A stretch of 46,320 nucleotides of DNA from Octopus sinensis (lineage: Eukaryota), in contig NW_021834709.1 of the NCBI RefSeq assembly GCF_006345805.1, positions 1 to 46,320 on the forward strand, in the 5' to 3' direction. The notes beneath the pieces were generated by a model that worked only from the letters and a program-made list of their open reading frames with translations, ran no database searches and was not told where the DNA came from. The position numbers were made by a program, and so were the translations under genes. Shown piece by piece: positions 37,020-46,320 of the stretch; position 1 is the stretch's first letter; every line of letters begins with the position of its first letter.

Positions 37020-37930
37020 TAAGAACCTGGAACCACTGCTACCAAGCAAGCAAAACAGACCAAGCATAACCAAATTGGCAAGAGCAGTGGAGCCAGAAGT
37101 CCCCCCCCCCCCGCATGGACAATATATTCTCCAAAGCCAAAATGCTGATGTAGACCAATCAACAACCCATCAGTGGCTGAAGAGTTCAGAAACAATAGCA
37201 AAGATTGAAGGCTTCATACAGGCAACACAAGACCAGTGCCTGCTTACCAAAAATTATCAGGCTAATGTACTTCAAAATGGTACGGACCAAAGCAGATTCT
37301 GTGACACATTTGACAAACTAAGAGACCATCTTATAGTTCTATATTTAAGAGATGAGGAATTATGTATGTTATTTACCCAAGACACCTGATGAAGGGTGGA
37401 GGGTATATTAGTCGAAACATTGTCTTAACAGCAACAAAGATCAGAATAAATATCCGTCAAATGTAAATAACGTAAATAATGAATAGACCATCTCGTTTCA
37501 GGAGGTCCTGTACTGACACCAAACGAATACAAAAATTGCCTCGATAGGGTACGACAGTATTTACATTAGAAAATATGTAAAGACTACAAAATTGGTACCC
37601 CTGCTTACTGATATGAACATTATGAGCCAGTGGTTGAAGGTAAAAATGTCACCATCCTTTGGAATTTTCCAGTCAACACTGACAGAACAATCCATGCTAT
37701 GATAAAAAAAAAAAGGATGTCAAAAACATCAACACAACATCCCAGGAGAATCATATCTCACAGAAATCCAAAAGATTGTACTGACAATTACTGCCTACAT
37801 CGTCACAAAAAACTCAATAAGTGTGAAGGTGCTACTGTACTCCCATCCTCACTTTCCTTCCCCAACATCTCTTAACCGTTGCTTGCCCTGGGGTGTTGGG
37901 TGTTGGGTATGTCCTGCTAAGTGACTGTAT
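37020..37930 (+). mobile_element. Decayed R4/Dong-like LINE 3' region, interrupted and internally deleted
   Basis: HGQY...ADVDQSTTHQWL..EGFIQATQDQ.LLTKNYQA, RFC...DHL, PVLTPNEYK..DRV.QYLH, EPVVEGKNVTILWNFPVNTDRTI and IPGESYLTEIQKIVL..TAYI. Confidence 0.85.
37332..37484 (+). mobile_element. HHR-3 element, a 153-bp insertion with a 9-bp flanking duplication
   Basis: agaccatct at 37323-37331 and 37485-37493. CTGATGA at 37386-37392, then GAAA-CATT at 37414-37421. Stems are partly decayed. Confidence 0.75.
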
Positions 37931-38033
37931 CAAATATTTTTTACTCTTTCATCTGTTTCAGTCATTTGACTGTTGTCATGCTGGAGCACTGCCTTGGAGG
38001 GTTTTAATCTAGCAAATTGACCCCAATTAAAAA

Positions 38034-38151
38034 TGTAAAATAATATGTGACAATTATTCGGTAGCCAAGATAAAACTCAGATTTCCACCTTGGCATCCAA
38101 GACTCAGAGTTTTATCTTGGCTACTGAATAATTGTCACATATTATTTTACA
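38034..38151. repeat. 45-bp inverted repeat (fold-back of an HHR-4 element end)
   Basis: Arms 38034-38078 and 38107-38151 have 1 mismatch and a 28-nt spacer. The spacer plus right arm resemble the 3' half of the motif at 22603-22662. Confidence 0.88.
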
Positions 38152-38154
38152 AAT

Positions 38155-38187
<33 letters not shown>

Positions 38188-38347
38188 TATATATTCATTT
38201 TGGGATTTGGTTTGCAAGATTCTTTATGTGAGTTTGTGTGTTGAAGACCAGACACAATATATATATATATCTAAGGTAACACACTGAGGAAAAGAAATCC
38301 TTCAAAGTATATTTCTATATTTAATTTACCTTTATATATGTATATAT

Positions 38348-38655
38348 GGAGGCACAATGGCCTAGTGGTTAGGGCAGCGGACTCGCAGTTGCAGGATCGC
38401 AGTTTCGATTCCCAGACCAGGCGTTGCGTGTGTTTATTGAGCGAAAAACACCTAAAATAGCTCCACGAGGCTCCGGCAGGGGGTGGTGATCCCTGCTGTA
38501 CTCTTTCACCACTCTTTCTCTCACTCTTTCTTCTGTTGGCCTGCTCGCTTAACCAGTGGGGTGGCATCATTCGAAGGCTAAAAGAATGCGAATGCATTGT
38601 GACCAGCGATGTGTAACAACATCTGATGGTCTGGTCGGTCACGTGATCATGTGAT
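38348..38655 (+). mobile_element. SINE with SINE-D head and body but a different 3' tail
   Basis: 38348-38535 aligns with 9984-10172 and then diverges. Confidence 0.82.
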
Positions 38656-39134
38656 ATGTATATATAATTGTTAATGTGGACAACAAATTATATATCTGCT
38701 GCATCGGGAATCTGCAATGGCTCCATAACTACCTTCTTGGCTATGACGTTGGAGCCCTAGTTATCCGTTACAACACTTACCTAGCATACCTAATCATTTA
38801 TTTCACCTGTGATTCTTGTATACATATACATATATATATACATACTAGCTGATGTACCTGGTAATTCCTGTTCGCATTGTATTGTTAATCCAATAACAAC
38901 AATACAAAGTATGTAGCCCTTAAAACGGTTTAGACAGAAGGGCAGCAGCAAATTCGAGGTGAAAGGTTTTAAGTCAATACCATCCGCCCTGGTCCACGGA
39001 AGGTACTTTATTTTATCGACCACGGAGGAATGAAAGTCCAAGTTGACCTCTGCAGGATTTGAAAGCCGGAACAAACACTACAAGACATTCGTTTGATGTA
39101 CTAACAACTCTGCTTATCTACTACTGTCCTTCCA

Positions 39135-39472
39135 TCATCATCTTTTTATTGTCCGTTTTCATGCTAGCATGGGTAGGACGGTTTGACGGGAGGTGGTAAA
39201 GCCAGGGGCCACACCCGGCTCCATTTTGTCCATTCTGGCATGGTGTCTATAGCTGGATGCCCTTCCTAATGCCAACAACGTCACAGTGTACTGGGTGCTT
39301 TTCATGTGGTGCCGTGACCAGAACTTTTTACTGACACCAGCTAACAGGCAGAGGGCTTGAAATTCGGGGAGTGGGGCCTAATTGATCACACTGACCTCAG
39401 TACTCAACTGGTACTCATCTTATCAACCCTGAAAGGATGAAAGGCAAAGCTGACATCGGTGAAATTTGAACT
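39135..39472 (-). mobile_element. Adjacent SINE-C (39135-39330) and SINE-B (39345-39472) fragments
   Basis: gctggatgcccttcctaatgccaac and aaaggatgaaaggcaaag. Confidence 0.7.
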
Positions 39473-40287
39473 TGATAATAATAATAATTTACTGAAAATA
39501 CTGAACTGTCTTACACAGGATCTTGTTTTCAGGAATTCCCAATAAGTTATGAATACCCAAATTGTGAAATCAGTTATGTAATAACATGAAATTAGTTACC
39601 TGATAGTAAGAATTCAAATAAAGTTGCCCCGAAAAGGGCTTTAAGGCATTCCCAGAGTATATAGAACTTAGGAGGAAATACTAATAAGGTATGTATACTA
39701 AAATCGTGAAGCATGTTATGTAATAACAGGCTAATCAGGTATGAGATAATAACAATTCAAAGTAAAGGGCTTTTGTGCATTCTCAGAGGGTATTACCCTC
39801 AGCAGCGCTAGTGTTGCTATATTTGTGAATAAGTCACTTACCAAAATAAGTGGGTCTATTGTTTAGGAGAATACTATTTACTTGTTTAAGCATTGTACTG
39901 GATAAATTGTGAAAATAACTCACATAGTTCAAATACTAAAATATAAGCATACTGAATTTGATTTTGTACGAACTAATTTATGAACATGAATGGGTTATTT
40001 CCCTTGGCTATGTATAAGGATCCCTTTCAGGAGGGAAGGGGTTATTTCCCATGAAAGTTCTAAAATAATATATTAGTTATATACAGCAGATATAAGAATC
40101 CCTTCCAGGGACCCTATTATCGATTTTTTTCAATAATTTAAGTATGTTACTAGGTTTCCAGACATGAGTTCTACTCACGTGTCAAGCCTCATCAAAATTG
40201 ATAAAACAATGTAGGAGAAGTTAGCTAACAATGCCATAAACAAACACACACCGATTTTCCACATATGTAGTAGATATATACAATTGG

Positions 40288-40443
40288 TTTCTTTCAGTTC
40301 CCGTCAGCCAATTCTACTGAAAAGGCTTTGGTCAGCCTGAGGCTATAGCAGAAGACACTTGCCTAAGGTGCCACACAGTAGGGCTGAACCAGGAACCAAG
40401 TAGTTTAGAAGCAAGCTTCTTACCGCATAGCCATGTTGCGCCT
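40288..40443 (-). mobile_element. SINE-A 5' half, diverged
   Basis: ggctatagcagaagacacttgcc. Confidence 0.75.
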
Positions 40444-40691
40444 AGGATATTTCAAGAAATTAATGAGAGTTTGGCCAGAGAGGAAAGTACCTGTCTTCAA
40501 ACCCTTCAGACGGGTCCACCACACAGCCCCTTTTGCCACAGGTGTGGTGTATGCGAGAGATTCGAAATAAAGGCCCCTACCTCCTCTTTGCTCAGATGGA
40601 GACCCTTCAGCGGTAATGGATCCTTCAACACAGCCCGACTCGAACACTAGAAATAGCAGCTGCTTCTCCCAACCTTAACAACGTGCTGAAC

Positions 40692-40895
40692 CCCGTCTTA
40701 CCCGCTCTGCGACCTGCCTCGAAAAGGCAGACTGCTGCTCTTCCTGCGCACGCGTCACTGCTGCCCCTTCCGGTCAGCTCCCCAGCTGCTGATCCCGTCT
40801 TATCCGCTCTGTGACCTGCCTCGAAAAGGCAGCCTGCTGCCCTTCCTGCGCGCGCGTCACTGCTGCCCCTTCCGGTCAGCTCCCCAGCTGCTGAC
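40692..40895. repeat. GC/CpG-rich 102-bp tandem duplication
   Basis: cccgtctta starts at 40692 and 40794. Confidence 0.93.
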
Positions 40896-40974
40896 GTCAT
40901 CCCACAACAGACACTAAAAACAGAGAGGTGATGTTTATTATTTACGTCCAAGGAGAGTAGTTCGGAGAGGAAGG

Positions 40975-41135
40975 GGTGCAGTTGATGTCGTTAACCTCAG
41001 TACTTGACTGGTACTCTATTTTTATTGACCTTCGAAGGATGAAAGGCAAAATTGACCTTTGTGGGTCTTGAACTCAGAATGTTAATGAGCCGGAACTAAT
41101 ACTACAGAGCAGTTTTCCCGATGCTCTAACGATTC
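40975..41135 (-). mobile_element. SINE-B, diverged
   Basis: gaaggatgaaaggcaaaattgacc...ttgaactcagaatgtt. Confidence 0.7.
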
Positions 41136-41204
41136 TGTGAATTGAAAACAAAGCAAGCAAAAAAAGAGGAAATGTAGCCATGTTTTTCTCAGCAGGAATG
41201 AAAC

Positions 41205-41353
41205 CGCACACAAACACACACACACAAATACACACGCGCACACATACACACACACACGCACTCATGCAAAGACATACACACACACACACACACAAATACA
41301 CATGCGCACACATACACACCCACACGCACTCATGCAAGGACATACACACAAAT

Positions 41354-41386
<33 letters not shown>

Positions 41387-42145
41387 AATACACATACATT
41401 CACACACAGACACACACACGCACTCATGCAAAGACATACACACAAAGACGCACACACACACACACACACAAATACACATACATTCACACACAGACACACA
41501 CACATGCACTCATGCAAAGACACACACACACAAATACACATACATTCACACACAGACGCACAACATATTCAAACCCATACACACATGTAAATACGCATAC
41601 AACTTATACCACACCCCCACACACACATGACCTCATACACATACACCACACATACAAACATACACGTAAATACACACACATGGTACAGACATGCACACAC
41701 ACACACACACACAAATACACACTGACGCTCAACTTATACCACAGCCACACACACATATATGAGCACATACACCCGCACACAAACATCACGTAAACACACA
41801 CACACAATATATATATATATATACTCTCACACAGACTCACGCATATATACAAACCTACATATATACACTCACACACCCCCGCACAGAAACAAACAAGTAA
41901 ACACACAAAAATACAGACAACATATACAACCCTCCACCCAGACGCACATACACACAAACACACACATAGAAGCACGCGCACATACAAAGCCACACACAAA
42001 TACACATATACACGCAACATACACAAAACGCACACAAACACACACATAGAACCCCACACACATAGAAGCATGCGCACATACAAAGCCACACACAAATACA
42101 CATATACACGCAACATATACAAAACGCACACAAACACACACATAG
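41205..42145. repeat. CA-rich compound microsatellite with duplicated sub-blocks
   Basis: cacgcactcatgcaaagaca and catacaaagccacacacaaatacacatatacacgcaacat recur. Confidence 0.92.
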
Positions 42146-42617
42146 AATCTTTTCTTTTTGAAGGCCAGATTTTCCTAGTTAACTAAACAATTTGAAACTT
42201 CGTATACTGGTAGAATGTGTCAAAAGAAAACATAATTGTAAACCAAAATGAAAACGGAATTGTAATTTCTAAGTTTAACGTTGTTTAATAATTCGAATTT
42301 TAACCAATGGTATTCTTTCTTTCGACCTCATATTATTTACTGCCTCTCAAAATATTGTTACTGTGACGTAAACAGCTATTTTGTGACGTAGTTAACGTAA
42401 ACATGTAAATAGCTAACTAAAATGTAAACATCTCCGCTTATCATAAACTTCTTGGAGTATATATAAAATTTGTGTAGATCCTAAATAGCTACACACACAT
42501 GTATACAAACATATGCATATATATATATATACACCTATACACACATATTCTAATGCATATGCATATATGTGTATATATTTATAATGTGTGTGTATTATAG
42601 ATGCATACATTATATAT

Positions 42618-42960
42618 GGAGGAGCATGGCTCAGTGGTTAGAGCGTCGAGCTTACAATCGTGAGGTTGTGAGCTCGAATCCCGGACCGGGCTGCGTGTTG
42701 TGTTCTTGAGCAAGGCACTTTATTTCACGTTGCTCCAGTTCACTCAGCTGTAGAAATGAGTTGCGACGTCACAGGTGCCAAGCTGTATCGACCTTTGTCT
42801 TTCCCTTGGATAACATCGGTGGCGTGGAGAGGGGAGGCCGGTATGCATGGGCGACTGCTGGTCTTCCATAAAACAACCTTGCCCAGACTTGTGCCTCAGA
42901 GGGTAACTCTCTAGGTGCAAACCCATGGTCACTCATGACCGAAGGGGGTCTTTACCCTTT
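42618..42960 (+). mobile_element. SINE-F, full-length tRNA-derived SINE
   Basis: A box TGGCTCAGTGG at 42627-42637 and B-box-like gctcgaatccc. The central ttcttgagcaaggcacttt...ctcagctgta block resembles conserved SINE central domains. Confidence 0.85.
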
Positions 42961-43192
42961 TTTTTACATTATATATATATAAAAGATGTTTACATACAAT
43001 ATATATATGTTATATACTTCTACATGTATATGTATGTATGAATATATAAGAACCACAGAATTTGAATCAAACTCTTTTGATCCATACATACACACACACA
43101 CACACACACACCAACGCTACCATCCATGAGACATCCTAACATAATCAATGCTACTACTACTATCATCATCATTATCATCATCATCCACTGCC

Positions 43193-43246
43193 GTTAGGGT
43201 TAGGTTTTGGGTTTTAGGGTTAGGGTTGGGATTTAGGATTAGAGTT
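43193..43246 (+). repeat. Degenerate interstitial (TTAGGG)n; a second tract at 45608-45629
   Basis: Directly visible. Confidence 0.75.
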
Positions 43247-43714
43247 ACGGAAACAAGCGAGAAATGAAGAAATTGGAGGTGGAGGGGTAGGGGGCAAAAA
43301 ACTTTTTCCGAAAATAGTTGCTGAAATCAAGAAATTGCCGAAGAAAGACTTTCACTTTTTCATGAGCGGCTATCGAAAACGCTGGGGTTTTAATATGACA
43401 AAAGAAAATACAAAAATGGTGGGCTTTTATGCACATATGTACTAATGGATATCATATATATGTACAAAATGAAACTTGAGATTTCGAAAGAAATTGTGAT
43501 GTGTGCCACTATTTTCCTTTTGACATCAAATTACAATATAATCTGAATATATACATTCTGAAAAGTATTTGTAGCAAATTTCATAAAAAAATACCCAAGT
43601 TATGAGGAAACAAAGTCAACTCATGTGAATTTCCCGAAACCTCTCTTCCTAACCACAGAATTTTTTAAAATATTAAATTCCTACATAAGCGGAATATAAA
43701 CCATCTAAAACATA

Positions 43715-44222
43715 CCGTAAATCCTCAAGTATAATCCGCATTATTTTCCCAAAATTTAAAGGTCAAAATCCCTAGTGCGTACTATATATGAGGTTAAAAA
43801 TGGAAATTATTTTCTAAGCAATGTCCAAGTCTCTATTTGCCGTCCGGCAATGTTTATTCAGAGGCATTTTGTGATGTCGGGCTCGAAAATACCTTAAGCT
43901 AAGCCTGAAAGCAATGAAGTCATAAAAGAATCATCCATAACTTGCAATAAGCAACATTTATTAAACGTTATTACTGTTATTTCTTTATTTTCTGCAAACA
44001 AAATGCACAAAAAGCTACACGTTTGCATTATGTTATATATACAATAATAATAAAGGACGTTACCGTATACATTTTAGAAACCAAGGACGTTATACAGACC
44101 TCCTGACTGAAGTTAGAGAAGGGGTGCGTATTATACACAAGGTTTAGGTTTTCCAGAGGTACAGCCCCTTAAAATTCCCTGCGTATTATACTCAAGGGCA
44201 GACTATACTCGAGGATTAACGG
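43715..44222. mobile_element. Tc1/mariner(pogo)-type MITE with TA target duplication
   Basis: TA|CCGTAAATCCTCAAGTATAATCCGC ... GCAGACTATACTCGAGGATTAACGG|TA, with subterminal gcgtattatac repeats. Confidence 0.82.
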
Positions 44223-44812
44223 TATTTTTTGAAAATTTCATTAAAAAATTTACATTTTTCTGGAAGTTGTGAGGCAACAAAGTCGGTCGGGTAGGGGCAC
44301 ACATGTATAGGTAAGCCGACATATGCATTATTTTACAATAATCATTTCAAATCCTGCTCGGCTGGTTTTTGTCTTATCTTTCAGGGCCCAATAAAATGAG
44401 TTAATCGTAATAAAACAGAGTTGTAAACACCCCTGTAGCAATCCATTCAAATGCTGACGTCAGTAAAGTTGGTCAAAGAAAACCGGTCTTTTTACTTTTA
44501 TTGGAATTTATATTGTATTTATTTAAGATGCCAAAGGAGTTCTGTGTTTTTGTTTTTATGAAGACGCTTCATGAATAATCTAATCTTCTCACTCCTTCGG
44601 TCATTGTTTTTCTAAGATAAAAATAGTATGATGACTTATTAAATATTAGAGGAATATTAAGTTTTACAGGCCAGATGTTAAAAAAATATTGGAGTGGCTG
44701 ATTCCGGGTTCAGTCCCACTGTCTGGCACCTTGGGCAAGTGTCTTCTACTATAACCTCGGCCAACCAAAGCCTTGTGAGTGGATTTGGTAGACGGAAACT
44801 GAAAGAAGCCCG

Positions 44813-44848
<36 letters not shown>

Positions 44849-44855
<7 letters not shown>

Positions 44856-45292
44856 GAAAAAACAAGTCAAAATAGAAAATGCTAAAATAATTTTATAGTG
44901 AACATTTCAGTACTGGTTTCGGTCATTTTGAGACCTTTTCAACTGTAACGATTAATAATATTAATTTAGAAAAATTAGAAGAAAAGTTTTTTTAAAAGAT
45001 ATTTCTATAGTAGTGTTCAGATTTAAGTGGCATTCTGCCTTTCTCTGACTCCCTTGTTTGCACACACAACACACAAGTGTGCAAACAAGGGAGTCAGAGA
45101 AAGGCAGAATGCCACTTAAATCTGAACACTACTATAGAAATATTCTTAAAAAAACTTTTCTTCTAATTTTTCTAAATTTAATTATTTAATCGTTACAGTG
45201 TGAAAAGGTCTCAAAAGACCAAAAACCAGTACTGAAATGTTCACTATAAAATTATTTTAGCATTTTCTTTTTGACTTGTTTTTTCATATATA
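44849..45292. repeat. 444-bp palindrome (arms of about 217 bp, 11-nt spacer)
   Basis: Arms 44849-45065 and 45077-45292. The inner 67 bp are identical, with about 10 small differences further out. Confidence 0.96.
44903..44950 (-). ncRNA. HHR-6 minimal type I hammerhead with a U3-A8 covariant core
   Basis: CGUUACAG-UUGAAAA-GGUC-UCAAAAU-GACC-GAAA-C-CA-G-UA-CUGAAAUG. All invariant positions are present, and the predicted GUA cut is between 44911 and 44910. Confidence 0.75.
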
Positions 45293-45322
45293 TCAACTCG
45301 TGTGTGTGTTCCTTTCACCCTT

Positions 45323-45376
<54 letters not shown>

Positions 45377-45995
45377 TGTGTGTGTTGGTTGTCTGTGTTT
45401 GTCCCCCTAGCATTGCTTGACAACCGATGCTGGTGTATTTTTTAGTCCCCGTTACTTAGCGGTTCGGCAAAAAAGACCGATAGATAGAATAAGTACTGGG
45501 CTTACAAAAAGAATAAGTCCCGGGATCTAGTTGCTCGATTAAAGGCGATGCTCCAGCATGGCCGTGGTCAGAGTAACATTAAAAGTAAAATATGTTTATA
45601 TGACACATTAGGGTTAGGGTTAGGGTTAGTGTCCGAAGGTTGAAAGTGTTTAGTACAAAAAATTTATACTCGATCTGCCGTTCAAAGGGTAAAGATCCCT
45701 TATATTATTTATTTAAACCCTTACAACCTAGAAGGGTTATGGGTCAAGAGGAAAATACATCAATGAAATGTTGGCAAGGCCATCGGTTGAATAAAACAAC
45801 ATTGTTCCTCACAGAACAATAAGGCTCTATAGTTAGGGGGAAATTTACCCATTCAGTTTCCAAAACTCAGGTGTGGGGCAAAAGAGGTCTCTACACATAC
45901 ATACGTATACACACACACACACATACATACATACATACATATATCCAGACAACTTCAGCTTTATATAGAGTCATTCGTCGGAGAACGGTGCTTAC

Positions 45996-46134
45996 CATGC
46001 GTTGATAAGAGGCAATTACCTCGAAACCTGGTCCGTATGTAGTATCCGTATCTTCGGGGAATGATCTCCCTTTGCAGGCTAGAGGACACCGAGATGGTGT
46101 CAGCCCTCCTGGTGACGTCGATGATCGCCTGGGG
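45996..46134 (-). CDS. Candidate internal coding exon of an unidentified host gene: PQAIIDVTRRADTISVSSSLQREIIPRRYGYYIRTRFRGNCLLSTH
   Basis: The frame opens exactly after catttag| and ends at the donor CATG|gtaagc (phase 1). 31 of 46 codons end in G/C. The polypyrimidine tract is weak. Confidence 0.5.
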
Positions 46135-46226
46135 CTAAATGCATCAGTAACACCCCCACCACCCCGCCCTGTCCCTAGCCACATTCAGATGGCTGATGCC
46201 CCCCTTATATTTATATAATATATATA

Positions 46227-46320
46227 TCTATATAATAAAACTGAAATGCGTTTTTACCGCTTGGTTCGCTTTCAATGCCACTACGTCCCGTCCGATTCGC
46301 TCCAAAATTTACAGGGACAT
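46227..46320 (+). mobile_element. Probable 5' end of a second non-autonomous Helitron (runs off the window)
   Basis: A|TCTATATAATAAAA start, the same style as 23705. The 3' end is not visible. Confidence 0.5.

Larger units (their letters stand above)
44691..45590 (+). mobile_element. SINE-A split by a palindromic insertion in its internal (TA)n
   Basis: 5' half at 44691-44848 and 3' half at about 45375-45590. Confidence 0.85.

Noticed and set aside
39992-40050. Twin gggttatttccc motifs as NF-kB-like sites
   Set aside because: A short motif without context; may be a transposon remnant or chance.
46078-46220. Plus-strand exon after ctccctttgcag| (ARGHRDG... or LEDTEMV...)
   Set aside because: No compatible partner exon or donor was found. 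The minus-strand frame explains the codon bias and has both splice sites, though RNA-seq is needed to settle the strand.

Overview
Eukaryotic, AT-rich, repeat-saturated genomic DNA. There is no prokaryotic gene organisation, and no CRISPR array, rRNA or true tRNA gene. The tRNA-derived SINEs, (AAT)n/(TA)n/(CA)n microsatellites and R4/RTE/CR1 LINE remnants resemble an Octopus (coleoid cephalopod) genome; this is inferred from repeat style. Almost all listed ORFs are microsatellite or SINE artefacts. The recognisable protein remnants are non-LTR retrotransposon pieces: R4/Dong-like at 3834-4685, 12873-13015 and 37020-37830, CR1-like at 11002-11610, and RTE-like at 1-187. Two phase-compatible, GC3-rich minus-strand exons (46134-45996 and 32047-31953) probably encode the end of an unidentified host protein. 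The main hidden signal is about ten short, mutually unrelated elements carrying minimal type I hammerhead ribozyme (HHR) motifs of the Penelope-like-element (PLE) kind. They include a complete U3-A8 covariant core inside a 444-bp palindrome (44849-45292), C4 cores, U6 cores and a possible G3 core, and several have fold-back ends next to (TA)n. Other notable structures: a head-to-tail trimer of a non-autonomous Helitron with exact CTAG|TC junctions, a mini-R4 LINE with two in-frame deletions, a 10-copy SINE-tail array, modular SINEs, and one repeat family that seeds different satellites. Family labels (SINE-A to F, HHR-1 to 6) are mine. All ribozyme activity statements are untested inference.
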